A DNA stretch of 64,000 nucleotides, from contig OZ024743.1 of assembly GCA_964016885.1 (NCBI GenBank), positions 14,136,001-14,200,000 of the forward strand. Reading direction: 5' to 3'. The position numbers were made by a program, and so were the translations under genes. This DNA comes from Eledone cirrhosa. Taxonomy: Eukaryota. Below the pieces are notes generated by a model. The model worked only from the letters and a program-made list of their open reading frames with translations. It ran no database searches and was not told the DNA's origin. This document shows positions 25,352 through 38,941 of this stretch, one piece after another. Within the stretch, counting starts at the first letter, position 1. The number at the start of each line of letters is the position of its first letter.

Positions 25352-25373
25352 AATAATAATAATAATAATAATA

Positions 25374-25554
25374 ATTGTTTCTACTTTAGGCACAAGGCCA
25401 GCAATTAACCAGTGCATTACTGGTACTTTATTTTATCGACCCCGTAAGCATTAAAGGCAAAGTCAACCTCGGCGGGATTTGAACTCAGATCGTAAAGGGA
25501 GGTAACTATGCTGGAAAGCATGGCGTCCGACCCTCTACCGATACTGCCAATCCA
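25374..25554 (-). mobile_element. tRNA-derived SINE with (TTA)n tail
   Basis: A-box TGGCAGTATCGG and B-box GAGTTCAAATCC on the minus strand. The tail is contiguous with the (TAA)n at 25352-25374. Confidence 0.8.
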
Positions 25555-25569
25555 ATAATAATAATGATT

Positions 25570-26290
25570 TCATTTATTGTCCACAAGGGCCGACATATAG
25601 GGGACAATACAAAAGACTGGGACAGTGGGGTTTTACCGAAAAATCGAGTAAACAATATGAATAACAATAACAAATAACAAGAAAAATACAAGAAAAATTC
25701 CCGAATAGGGGGGGATAACCACCCACGGTTTGCTTAGGTACCCCACCAATCCTGAACGACCCGACGCTTCGAGAGCACCCTGGAAGGGCACCCCTCTCCT
25801 CCTCGAATTTACCCACCTACAGGCGCATGACCAGAGTAGGCCCACTCACACGGGCCATTCTCGCCACATTCACCCACCTTTCAGCAAATGTACTGGGGCT
25901 TGGGGGGGGGGGGCAGAACATCTCTCTCCACCCTCAACTTCCTTTCCAAGTGAAACTTGAAAAAGTTGATGAGGGATTGGCCGAAGAGAAAAGTGTCTGT
26001 CTTCAGTCCTTTCAACCTCGTCCACCATACAACCTCTTTCGCTACTGTCACCAGACAGAGGAACATGTTCTGCCCTCCTGGCCAAAAGAAAGCGGCGTGT
26101 TGATCTTCACTATGGACTCGGCCGATAGCCGGATCCGTTCTACACGTGACAACAGCTGTTCAACATAACTCTACAAGTCAGTAATGCACGACACTGGACG
26201 AGTGCGTGCAGAACGGTTTTGTCGCTCTGCGCGTATCTTGAGCAGGTCCGTCTGACAGCACTTCCGAGCAAAAAGACGTCCGTTCAGACT
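25570..26290 (-). mobile_element. 5'-truncated L1/Tx1-like LINE, copy 1 (3' end)
   Basis: VVWWTRLKGL..FFKFHLERKLRVER C-terminal motif is shared with copies 2 and 3. 3' end reads cccttgtggacaataaatgaaatc(att)n. Confidence 0.7.
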
Positions 26291-26313
26291 CAATAATAAT
26301 AATAATAATAATG

Positions 26314-27898
26314 ATTTCTTTTTTGGCCACAACGGTTGACATCAAGTAAAATATTACAGACGGCACAGGACGGTACAGGACGGTATGATGTGGGGTTTTT
26401 TCGTGTAAAGGTTTTTATTATTTATATAAGAAAAGAAAAAGAAAAAGACATAGAAACATATATATATATATAAACAATAAAAATGAAAATTGACACAATG
26501 AAAAATTCCCCAATAGGGCGAAAACCACACAAAAGACTACGGCCACCATTTCTCAAACTACAGGCGTATATTTAGAGCGGTCGCGTTCACTTGGACCATT
26601 CTCGATACATTCACCCACCTTTCAACAAACTTGCTAGACGGCAGCACTTGCCTCTCCACCCTGATATTCCTCTTCAAGTGAAACTTGAAAAAGTTAATTA
26701 GGGATTCGCCGAAGAGGAAAGTGTCTGTCTTTAACCCTTTTAACCATGTCCACCACACCATCTATGGCCACCAGGCAGATGAAAACCGATGCTCGGGCAC
26801 TGAATGAGTGCGTGCACGACGGTTTCGTCGTTCTGCGCGCATCTCGGACAGGCTTCGCTGACGGCACTTCCGTGCCTGTAGAGCTTATCTCGAACCGGCA
26901 ACGCTCGCCGGTAGCACTGCCAGGCCAGGGATTTTGGAAGTTATCCATAGGCCCCGGGCTAAAAGTTCTCTTGAAGAGAGCAAACAGCTGATCTTCTTCG
27001 ACGCCCAGGATCTCTCGGAGATGGTCGTCGCTCTTCCCCTCCACTAGTCCTCTATAGAACGCCGAGGTGGATGTTCCACCGATACTGGTGCCCAGCAGGC
27101 AGAGGGCAGTGAGCGCCTGGAGACATTCCAGTTTCCAAACGCTATCCCTCGTTCTTTTCCTGACCCAGGACTGCAGCTCCGTCAAGTAGACGAGCTGTGG
27201 GAAAACGTGCCTGGCGAACGGCGACCACACCTGTTCACCGAAAAGGAAGCACCAGAGATGTCGCAGCCTCAGCGCATGTTTGCGCATCATCAGCCATGGC
27301 ATGCCAGTCCTCCACGCAACGGGTGTCGACAGCAGTGGATCGTCTGACCATGGGAGCGCGTCCCTTCCACAAAAAGCGGAAGAGGAGGCGTCCCATTTTG
27401 GTGAGAGTTGGGCCGAGGCAAGGGACGACGGTGAGGCGGTAGCAGATGAGAGATACGATGTACGCATTCGTCACCTCCGCCCGGCCTTTCACGAACAGCT
27501 TCCTCTCGGCCCATTTCTGGGTGAGGGAGGCCACCTTGTTCGTCACCTCGTTCCATTTTTACTCCTTCTGGAGGTCCGGTCCGAACCAGACCCCGAGCAA
27601 CTTAACCGGTCCATCCGTCCAACGCCCCACGACGCTGTCGGACAGCATGAACTTGCCTTTCCAGGTGCCGAGCTGCAAGCCCATCGACTTTTCCTGGTTT
27701 ATCTTTGCTCCTGTCACCGCTTCGTATTCCTTGAAAGCGGTGCCGAGCATCTGTACGCGTCTGGTGCTCGACACCATAACGGTGAAGTCGTCGGCGTAAA
27801 CCGACTCAGATTTCCCGCATCCTAGTTCGCGTGTGACGCCCCTCATCGCCCCCAGTTTGTGCAGTAATGGCTCCAGAGCCAATACGTATAAGAGGGAC
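26314..27898 (-). mobile_element. 5'-truncated L1/Tx1-like LINE, copy 2 (RT C-terminal half to 3' end)
   Basis: LLYVLALEPLL..YADD..YEAVTGAKINQEKS..KLLGVWF..W..RKL..KGRA.V.N; frameshifted. Confidence 0.8.
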
Positions 27899-28775
27899 TT
27901 TATTGTCCACAAGGGTTAACATGAAGGACAATATTACAGTCGGCATAGAACGGTACAGGACGATACAAAGTGGGTTTTGGCCGTGTAAAAAGGTTACAGC
28001 AAGGCTGAAACATGCAAAAACTAATTAAAAAATTCAAACAACAAAAATTCCCCAAAATGAGGGAAGCCTCCGACGGTTACTTGTGGCGAAAAGCACACGA
28101 AAGACCACAGCCACCCTGACCACCAGGGCAAGCGCCCTCTCTCAGTTTTCCCACTCCTCAGTCTACAGGCGCATACTCAGAGCGGGCCCAGTGACCCGTA
28201 CCAGACTCGCCACTTTCATCAACCTTTCAAAGACTTACTAGAAGACAGCACTTTCCTCTCCACCCTGATTTTCCTCTTCATGTGAAACTTGAAATAGTTA
28301 ATCAGGAATTGGCTGGAGAGGGAAGTGTCCGACTTCAACCCTTTTAACCTTGTCCACCACACGATCTCTGTCGCCATGTCCACCAGGCTGATGGAAACTG
28401 CCTGCCCTTCCTCTAAACAATAGACTCAGTCGATAACCGGATCCGTCCTTCACGCGACAACAACTGTTCGAGATAGCTCCACATGTGAGTATTCCCCGGG
28501 CACTGAACAAGTGTGTGCATGACGGTTTCGTCACCCTGCGCATATCTCGGACAGGCTCAGCTGATCGCACCTTCGTGCCTGTTTGAGCTTATCCCGAACC
28601 GGTAAAGCTCCCCGGTAGCACTGCCAGGCCAGGGATTTCTGAAAGATGTCCATAGGCACCGGGCTGAAAGTTCTCTTGAAGAGAACGAACAGCTGATCGT
28701 CTTCGACGCCCAGGGTCTCCCCGAGATCGTCGTCACTCTTCCCCTCCACTAGCCCTCTATGGAACGCCGAGGTGA
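27899..28775 (-). mobile_element. 5'-truncated L1/Tx1-like LINE, copy 3 (3' end)
   Basis: SAFHRGLVEGKSDD..SLAWQCYRGALPVRDKL is homologous to 26860-27075. Its 3' terminus ttattgtccacaaggg is shared with copy 1. Confidence 0.75.
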
Positions 28776-28994
28776 TGTGCGTTTGGCTATTGATCAGTTC
28801 TGATTTCGATCTGTATCGATCTAACCTGACCCTGGAATGAACAGCTTGTCGGACATCTGTTGTGGTAATGACAGAATGAACATGTAGTAACTGCACATTA
28901 CGTACCATATATATATATGATTATCCGGGAGCTTCCAACAGAAATGGTCGCTTTAAGAGTATGTTAATATTTATTTATAAAACTGATCTATATT

Positions 28995-29265
<271 letters not shown>

Positions 29266-29269
29266 CAGT

Positions 29270-30890
29270 AATCAAAGTTCAGTTTAAGTCATTTATTTGC
29301 TTACAATTGTTTCCTCCAAACCGAGGTTTGGATTCTTCGGAGCAACTATTTATAACATACTTGACCTCCTTTTCAACCCAAGAGACACATAAAACATATG
29401 CGCATATTGATCAACAGTGGGGTGACATTCATCAAATGAAACAGCATGGCAATTTACATATAAAGTGTTACATGATAAAAATAAAATAAAATAAAATAAA
29501 ATAAAAGCAAGAGTGAAAATAAAGATAAACATGAAGCGTTGGCAGTCTATGAAGATAAAGCAAGAGGAAAGCTTAGAGTAGTCAGTGCATGAAGCAATCT
29601 CCCGTGTAGCATGCACGCTTGTCTTATCTATACATGATTAGAGTGCGTCAGAATGATATTTGCAGGGTCAGGCAGTTGAAGCAGGCAATCGATCTAATAA
29701 TATAGGCTGAATTAATAAGTCATTAATTCTCATACATCTGTATGATATACAGTCTCGGAAGCGGGGAAACACCAAAATATCAAAAACCTTCAACATACTA
29801 TAAACCTTATTGTATCGTAGGCAAGGTCGTACCACTGTCCTTGCTCACACCACCAGTCACATAATCCATGAGACGCAATATATATTTAGAGAACACGCGT
29901 CTATCGTATAATTCGCAGTGGTTCAGCATATAGTCAAGGTATAAACGGTTACCAGTCGGTTCTTAATCAATATATCATGCTGTCCAAATTCCGGAAGTGC
30001 CTGAATGATTAAGGGAATTAATGCGTAAGGGGAGGTAACTAGCTAGTAATTTTAGTTACATTACTATGCTAAACTACATTAATGGTGATTCAAATACGTG
30101 CCTATCATGTGAAGTTATAACTAATATCTAGAGTATGGTACCCATTTATAAGTTAGAGAGTTGTTCACTAAGAAGTACTAGGGTGTATATACTAGGATGA
30201 TTGCCAACCAATAATTAAGGGGTGTCATATCTGAACGTTCTATAAGAGGAGTCGGAATCTCAAGTCACTGCTCCATGCAAATGTAATACAACAGTAGGAC
30301 CTGGTATGGTCCCAGTATTATATATGCCACCCGGTATGCTCCGGGTCATTGCTTGCCTGCATCTCCAGTAAATCTTCGGTGTGGTCCGGAGATCCGATCT
30401 CTCATATAAAGGCACTAGTCTGGCCATCAGGTAATAGACAACCCCCGTCTCAAATATAAATCAATTATGTATCACATTTCCAAGCTAGAGTGGAGTCTAT
30501 TAATAGGTATTAAAAGAGTCCACATCAAGATGATTACGTTCATAATTTAATGAACTGATCGCTTACAGTATATACTCACTTAACAATACGATTATCTATC
30601 TAATCATCAATCTATCTCTTGGTGGTAATCTATGCACAGGACTATGCTATCACAACGAGTACCGTGTCCCCAGTTTATACTAATCTTATATTTGTGCAAT
30701 GCAGAATAAGTAGTCCACGGTCGGGATATCAGTATTAGAGGTACAAGGGGGTATTCCCAGGGTAGGTGGCACTCAAATGCTGTCAGTATTATCTTTAGGG
30801 TATAGAGATGGGTGTGGATGTGAGGTGTAAGGTGTGCTGCTGATGTTAATTGCTAGGGGTGGTGCCGGTTCCAGTCTGACATTATTATAT
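29270..30890 (-). mobile_element. Long non-coding PLE-type terminal region (pLTR/3' UTR) with HHR
   Basis: 29270-30540 is homologous to the reverse complement of 54460-55934. No ORF. HHR lies about 27 nt from the end, which abuts (GA)n/(TA)n. The right boundary is approximate. Confidence 0.65.
29297..29345 (-). ncRNA. Minimal hammerhead ribozyme, U4C core variant
   Basis: Minus strand: ttgct-CCGAAGA-a-tccaaacc-tc-ggtttgga-g-GAAA-caattg-TA-agcaa. Confidence 0.7.
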
Positions 30891-30904
30891 ATAGGGTTTA
30901 AATA

Positions 30905-32469
30905 TATGAAAACAGGGAGAACAAGACGATTATTAGGAAGAAAAATGTATTTTTTTCCCTTTTTACTTTTTTCTCTATTTTTTCTGGATTCGAAAATGAC
31001 TAAAACGAAATATTTTACTTTGTGTGAAGTGTTAAGGTATTAGTTGAATTATTTATTAATTATCAATGGCATTTATTTACTTATTTATATATTTAATAAT
31101 TGTATATTACCGGTTTCAGCATTTTTATGCATTATCAGATGATAATAATATGTATTGGTGCAGAATGGTGGTGTTAGACATGTTAAAGAAATGGTGCAGA
31201 AAGTATGTTATTTACAAAAAAGGTTTATGAAGTGAAAAGAAAAAAAGAAAAAAAGGGACGTAATGTGGAGCATAATAAGTCAATGCGAAAGAAGAAATAA
31301 TGTTATTTACAGGCATAGCTCTTGAAGATAAGCAGATCAAAATGTGTTAATATAACAAGAGAGCTTAGTTGATCCATGATGGATGCAAATGGTGGACTGG
31401 GGTTTGATATGATTTCCCTTTTTAGAGAGTTAATATGCGGGGGGAGGTAATTCAGTGTAGGAGAGAAATGTTGGATGATATTTAATTTATTTAAGAAAAA
31501 GGATTAGGTAGGGTGTGAGGGAAGAAACTCTTTAGAGAGACATAGGTATTTGTAAATGTTTCATTGTTCGTTCCAGTTTTAGTTTAGTCCGAAGTTTAGT
31601 GCATTAAGTAGAGGATGGAATTTGTTAATGAAATACGTTTCCTTATTGGTACGATGGATGAAAGTAGCGTTGTCTATGAATTTGTAAATGGGGAAAATTT
31701 TAAGGTTTGGATGTTGGTTGGGTACACAATTGGCGATATGTTCACTAAACGCACTTTTTCTGTATTCCTGTATTTTGATTTGTGATTTATGGACGGTCAT
31801 ACGTTGTCGGAGGCTATTTTTTGTCTGTCCTATGTAGTGCTCTTGACAACCTGAACAGGTCAAATCATAGATTAGGTTTTCAGATGCACATGTAAAGTTG
31901 TGTTTAACCGTTAAATGTTGTCCTTGTTTTAAATGGAATGTTGAACCTTCTATTAGATTTATGCATATGCCACAGTTCGGCCTTCTGCATTTTGTTATTG
32001 CAGGGTTCAGTGTGAGGGTTTGTTGGATTGTGGCTTGTGTGAAGATGTTTTTTTATGGATTTAGGTTGTCTTTTCCTCTTTATGATGTTGTGTGCTTGGA
32101 GGATTTTGTTCATTCTTGGGTCTCTTTTTAGTAAAGGAATGTTCTGGAGGATGGTGTCGAATGCCTCATTGTTGAGGGGGTTGTGTGTGGAGATGTATGG
32201 TAGAGTTTTCTGTTGCAGTTAATTCCAGTGTTTGAGGTGTCTGAGTTCCTGGATGTCGAGTTTTAGGGCACGTTGGAATCCATTGTTGATTAGGGATGGT
32301 GGGTAGTTTCTGCTGATAAGTGCGATTTTTTTAATTCTTCTAGTCGTGTGTAGCATGTGTATTTATCTGAAACTATTGTGCAGATCTTTCTGGCTAGGTT
32401 ATAAGGAATTGCAATTTTGGTATGTCGAAGGTGGCACGAGTTGAAGGTATTGTTTGGAGTCTGTGGGTT

Positions 32470-32470
<1 letters not shown>
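30905..32470 (-). mobile_element. 5'-truncated, decayed Neptune-like PLE (RT thumb + GIY-YIG + 3' region)
   Basis: FNSCH.RHTKIAIPYNLARKICTIVS, KRKRQPKSIK, CSGCQEHYIGQTKNSLRQRMTVH; frameshifts. Decayed HHR at 31103-31143 (CTGATAA-t-gcat-aaaa-atgc-t-GAAA-ccgg-TA). 5' end at (TA)n. Confidence 0.85.
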
Positions 32471-32508
<38 letters not shown>

Positions 32509-32743
32509 GAGTTCTATATATATAGATACGAGTTACAGCACCGCAGGTGCCAAACTACAACTTGCCTTGAGCAACATTGGTGGTGAGGAGAACGGAGACT
32601 ATTTTGCAAAGACAACTGCTGCTCTTCAACAAATATCATCTTTCACGGATTTGGTTCTGTTAGGGAATATTTCTAGGTAGATTTTTACCCTTTAATTATT
32701 TATATTTCCGGGTATATCAATATTTATTTATAAAATAAATCTC

Positions 32744-32847
32744 TATTTTATCTGATGAAAGCCCACGATAATTTGCCGTGGTTGCTCTTGAAATATATAT
32801 ATTAAAATAAATATGGTTTTATAAATATAGTTTCCATTTATTAATAT

Positions 32848-32850
<3 letters not shown>
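32744..32850 (+). repeat. Solo PLE-type 3' end with HHR motif
   Basis: tattttat-CTGATGA-aag-c-ccacg..cgtgg..ctt-GAAA-tatata-TA-ttaaaata, followed by (TA)n. Confidence 0.65.
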
Positions 32851-32900
<50 letters not shown>

Positions 32901-33319
32901 TTACAGATGGTTGAAATAAATTCATCTCTGTAGGTCAAATCAAGTATGTTTGATGTGAAAGTGCAAAACAAATATGGATAGACTGCTTACCAGATATTCT
33001 TAAATCTATCCAAGTAAAATGGTTATGGTAAAATTGCCAACGAGAAGTTCGCTGTCTATTTTATTATATAACAATATGGTACCAAGGTATAATTAAGAAC
33101 AAACTATGGAAGAATAACTAGACCTGAAGAATATGTTTTGTATTTTGACTTTAACAAATGTTTCTGCACAATCACGTAACATACTTACATTCGCTAATTT
33201 CATTGTATAATGTTCATTGGCATGCATTATAAAGCTTTAATTGCACGTCATCAGAAATAAATGTTTGCGGTAACATTTTTCCTTATTTCATTCGTAGGCG
33301 TGAGGAGGTATAATAGTCA

Positions 33320-33610
33320 GAATGACAAATGAGACGATATGTAGTGATGTGAGTGGAGAAAGTGGGCACTATGAATGGTCAGAGAATCTATTGTTAACAT
33401 TTCATGTCTAAGGAAATAATCGCAGATGAGATTTTATGGGTAAAGCCAACCGACAGGAAAGCAAGGTGTAGACCCCGAGCAAGATGATTGGGTAACATGA
33501 GCTTGGCTGGTCACTCTTGGGGATCCAACCGGATCAGTTGGAGACAGTTGCTTCTGACATGAGCTGTTGGTAGGAATGTTTGAGGAATCTGATACAACGA
33601 CCCTCTCAAC
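33320..33610 (+). mobile_element. Degenerate RTE-like LINE 3' end
   Basis: Broken reading KP..RKARCRPRAR..LGIQPDQLETVASD..W resembles 63130-63330; ends in a (GAA)n tail. Confidence 0.45.
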
Positions 33611-33803
33611 AAGAAGAAGAAGAAGAAGAAGAAGAAGTAGAAGAAGAAGAAGAAGAAGAAGAAGAAGAAGAAGAAGAAGAAGAAGAAGAAGAAGAAGAAG
33701 AAGAAGACGACGACGACGACGAAGACGAAGAAGAAGAAGAAGAAGAAGAAGAAGAAGAAGAAGAAGAAGAAGAAGAAGAAGAAGAAGAAGAAGAAGAAGA
33801 AGA
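33611..33803 (+). repeat. (GAA)n microsatellite with GAC interruptions
   Basis: Directly visible. Confidence 0.95.
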
Positions 33804-34045
33804 ATGAGAAGAACAGAAATAAGATTTAATTGAAAGGCGATAAATTAAATTGAGGAGGAAAATTTTGGAGGTATCATAATAGAAACGAATACCATAGAAG
33901 ATAAGGTCCCGCCAGGTCGAATAAACGGCGGCAAGAGGAAATGGCATGTAAGGAGTGAGTTAAGTAATGTAGTAGGGATACAGTGACGCGAGATCGAATC
34001 CGATGCTAGTCCGGTGATGCAATGGTTTAATGCCTAGAGTTGGCA

Positions 34046-34112
<67 letters not shown>

Positions 34113-35254
34113 CATGTAAATACATATATATATAGATATGTACATGATATATATTCCCACATTCAGAATATATTTACGTAAACGCATATACATTTACTCT
34201 GTATTTTAGAATATTTTCACGTTATATTTCGTGACAAATAGTGCGACATCAAACCTCATCTCATATAATCTGATTCTTTTGCTAAATAATTGTGCCTTAT
34301 CTTTGCTACTTTCACAAGTTCTATCCATCAGTTTAATATATATACTATTGCTCCTTTCCTGATCATCGTCTATTCCCTTGGCACAGTTGATAATTATCTT
34401 TTCACGGCAATCTTTCGCTATATCCTCACTATATATTTTCCAGTTTCTCTCTGAGCACTAGTGAGGCTAAATGCAAAATTATCACACTGGCCTCATTGCT
34501 TTTTAATCTGCAATATCTCACGTCACATATCGTCATTCTGCAGTATAATAGCGACTTTCAAAGTGATTATCTCCTTGCAATGAAACCTATATATTGTCGC
34601 TTCTTGCAATTTAATATTTTCCTTTGTTGCTCCCATTCCTTCGGGCTTGCATGTATTGATTGGTAGCTATTGTGAATATAGGTACACTGCGAGTCCACCT
34701 CATAGTCAGATTTCATTAGGCATAAAATATATTACATTCACAAATCTCTTCAAAGTTTTGCACCTTGTTGTCACATATCAATTTCCAGTTGTCCTCAAAC
34801 CATAGGTATTTATGTACTTCCATTCCCCTTAGCAATTGCATCATAGACCCTTTCTGTACCAATATCTATAAGAGACATTCCTTAGCTTTCCCCCTTGTTT
34901 TCTTTTTTTCTCCCTGTTCATTCTGTTTCTCTAATACTGACGTCCACTCGTTTTAACGCCAGTAATAATTAGTTCACATGTGATAGTACTTTATAATTTG
35001 GTGAAATACCTATTCTTCCCAGCCATATGTCCATTCTGTTTTCTAATGTATACAAAGTAACTTTAAACTTGGTTGGAATTGTCCACAAACATCCTTTTAC
35101 TTAGCAAATCCTGGAAGTATCCTGTACATCTAATAAGAATTTCATATCTATTGCCGTCCACTAATTTTAGTTTCCGTACCATGCATGTTATGATTGCATT
35201 CAGCGGAATATTTAATTACTATATTCCAATGTAACTGTTTGCATTTTAGCATAG

Positions 35255-35375
35255 GCAGCGAATTGGCAGAGTAGTTATGGTATCAGAATGCTCTGAGTTC
35301 AAATTACGCCGTGGTCAACTTTTCCTTTCATCCTTTCGTGGTCGATAGAAAAAGTATCAGTTCAATACTGGGAAC
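35255..35375 (+). mobile_element. Divergent tRNA-derived SINE
   Basis: ggcgaattggcaga-like head, gagttcaaatt, gtcaacttt.cctttcatcctttcg.ggtcgata. Confidence 0.6.
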
Positions 35376-37214
35376 GATTCTTCCTGTATAGAACAATTGG
35401 TTTAAAAGTGCCCTAGACAGACCGTATGACGTTGCCTCTATGATTCCACAAGGAGTTATAGGAGTTTTAGACATGTTTATTCTATTCTAGCATACGAATG
35501 AGATGTACACAAAAGCATATGTATGCTTTATGTGTATCATAGGAGAGGCCTTGTTACAAATATATTTGTCATTTGTTTTAACAACACCATATTGGACTAT
35601 TGTTTATTGTTTATTTTCCATACCAGTTTTTCTTTCAAGATTTACATTTCGTAACGTTACTTTTCACTTTACGCGTATGCTTTTTTCATTCTCTTTCACA
35701 TTGCTCGAGAAAAGATAGAAAAACCGGAATCCACACTGTAGAAGATACTAAGTTTTCGTTTTAATAGGATATAGGATGTAAATTATGAAATTGTATTATG
35801 GTCTCGATTCCCAAAATGCGGAATGTATTGTCTGAGTATTTCTATACTAAATGTTTACTCAGTAGAATTGTTTGCTACTGTGTCCATTGCCTGGAATTCC
35901 TTTAGACACAGTGCATTCTATATTTATATTTTTCATTTTATTTGTAATATTGATGCATGATATATATATTTCTTCGTGAATAATTGATTTGTATCATCAA
36001 ACAAATTGTATATTTAATTATTATTCAGGCATCATCCAATGTTATTGATTCGTTACTATGATTCTACATGGGGGAGTTGAATTTTTCCATGTGAAATGTA
36101 TAAAAACCGAAAATAATATTATTTGAACAATCTTTGTAGCCGGATTTCTGTTTGTTTTTACGCTCTTGCGGAACAATAGTTCCCTTCACACTTATATGAA
36201 TGTGTGTTTGCGTGAATATGTCTTTGTTTCTGATTTAGCGTACGAATTTTCCTTCAGTGCGGTGAGCTAGATATCAATAAATAATAGAATAAAAGATACT
36301 GTATGAAAGAGCAAACCTCGCCAATAATACTAAACCAAAATGTGGATATCCTTCTCCCTGAAAAATATGCATCTTCTTAAATGTGTTTCATCAACTTTAG
36401 TTGTTTAAGATATCCACGTAATATTTGAATACATTGCCTGAAAGCAAATTTCGTAAGGAAATAGTTAAGAAATTGCAGATCCTATTTTATAGGAAACGTA
36501 TTTCCTAGCGATTATTTATAGGTTCGAATATATATTTATGTTTAGTTTACATACAGCTTTCTGATTCATCGTAGAGTTATACAATCCAACCCAAAGGAAA
36601 TGTCTCTAAGGAATCCGTTTTTACTCCAAAAATTTGTAGAAAAGCTTCACAGTATCACAGCGCACCCTAACAAAGCAGTAGTTTACAATATTGTAACGAC
36701 TGAAAAGTCTTTAATCTTAGATTTACTAGAACATAAGCTGATCTGGACAGAATAAAAAGAACAATGTATATGATTAATAAAGGTTTTGCTTTAAAATGGT
36801 TTACTTTCGATATATCGATACAGTACTCACGAGAGTATTCATTGAGACATTTATCTTTGTGTTTTGTAAATCTTACTAATCTACATATTATATATATAAA
36901 TATTGTGTTTGTGATGTTATTCTTCTTTACAAGTTAGAAAGTATTCGGGAGTATTCAAAAGCTAATAGAGAACACATAATTATTAATAAGATAGGATTTA
37001 CATTTTCACAATTCTACTAAGAAAATTAGTTTTCTCTGACTGAAACATCGGTTTTTCCAATAGACACGAGAACAGATGTTTATGGCACAGTACATGATTG
37101 GCGACCGGTGGATAGTATCTGCAATGGAAACACCAATAGAAAATTGCTTCCTTGGTCCAATCCGACAAGTTCCACCGTACTCAGTAAGCAAAGCAGTTCT
37201 GACAACTTGTCGAT

Positions 37215-37326
37215 TCGATCGAATCAACAACGGCGTATTAAGTCAAATTCGTTCTATTTCTGTTATTTATTTTATCGACCCCACATTTATGACTGGTAAA
37301 ATGGGTTTCCGTTGGACTTGAACTCA
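37215..37326 (-). mobile_element. Degenerate SINE fragment
   Basis: Contains tattttatcgacccc and ttgaactc, shared with other SINE copies. Confidence 0.4.
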
Positions 37327-38022
37327 ATAGTAAAGAAGATGTACTTAAATAGCATATTTGTTTGGATAGATTCGAAAGTTACGTTTTGAGAAAAAACGAA
37401 CATGCCTTAGTAAAAAAAAATATTTAAAAAATTACAACATGCATATAATAACTACGAACTTATAATTGCTTGAATAGAAATATACTAATGTTAGTGGGTT
37501 ATTGGTGGGCTAAGGGCATACTGTGAGAAACCAGCGTCAAACGTGTGTAAAGTGATATATTTATCAGAAAACATTACATCGTCAAATTACAAATAAACAT
37601 ATAAAAATACAACAATAATAAGATTCTAAAATACATAGTGCAATGATGTTCACAATCAATAATTAATGAGTGCACTGGATGTCCTTTTCGAACGTAAAAA
37701 ACTGTTTAAATTACAATTACTATATTTCCGTGAAATATAGTTTATTTATATTGATGAATAGTAATTAGTATCAGTCAAATAAGAATTATTTCGTAAACAC
37801 CAACAATCTAACATAAGTAACAACAGAAATAATACAAATTAAAAAACACCAATTTCGTATCGCTAACGGTATATAACTAAATACTTGAGAAAATCGTATA
37901 ACAGCACGGTGCGCGTACGACTCTCTACAGATTTAAGTTCAAATATATGTTTGATTTTTATATAAAGCCATACACACACACTTATGCATACACACACATA
38001 TACTCACACATATATATGTGTT

Positions 38023-38119
<97 letters not shown>

Positions 38120-38172
38120 GTAAGTATGTATGTATACGTACATACATGTATGTATACAGACGTACAGTAGCA

Positions 38173-38274
<102 letters not shown>

Positions 38275-38431
38275 TACATACAGGTACACATACATATATG
38301 CACGCATCAGTTTAGCGGACGCTTATTATAACGCCGCTTTGCTCGTTTGTAAACAAACTGAACAGCCTGAATTTATGCCATACGGTGTTAAGGCAACCAC
38401 ATCACCTTTTTGTTCAACACTGACACAGGAA

Positions 38432-38472
38432 CGATGTACTAGTTTCAAGCTTGTTAGCTATCATCAGCACCG
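38432..38472 (-). ncRNA. Minimal type I hammerhead ribozyme (intact)
   Basis: cggtg-CTGATGA-t-agc-taacaa-gct-t-GAAA-ctag-TA-catcg. Confidence 0.85.
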
Positions 38473-38712
38473 TATACCCATCTGCCAGATAGTTGAACGT
38501 TCGAAAGTATATACTTTCGTTATGAAAATTAACGGCTGAGCAGCCTAATTTGCATATTGAGTGAGTTAAATCGTTCAGGCATACCGAAAACGATAAGTTG
38601 AAATAAAATGAAAACGAAATTTCATTTCTCACTCTTAGTATGGCACTTACTTAAATGTAAGTATGTATGTATACGTACATACATATATGTATACAGACGT
38701 ACAGTAGCATGC

Positions 38713-38743
<31 letters not shown>

Positions 38744-38900
38744 TACATACATGTACACATACATATATGCACGCATCAGTTTAGCGGACGCTTATTATAA
38801 CGCCGCTTTGCTCGTTTGTAAACAAACTGAACAGCCTGAATGTATGCCATACGGTGTTAAGGCAACCACGTCACCTTTTTGTTCAACACTGACACAGGAA

Positions 38901-38941
38901 AGATGTACTAGTTTCAAGCTTGTTAGCTAACATCAGCACCG
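38901..38941 (-). ncRNA. Minimal hammerhead ribozyme (A9U-mutated copy)
   Basis: Same as 38432-38472 but the core reads CTGATGT and the last stem I base is changed. Confidence 0.6.

Noticed and set aside
33567-33947. Poly-R, poly-E and poly-S ORFs
   Set aside because: Three frames of a (GAA)n microsatellite.
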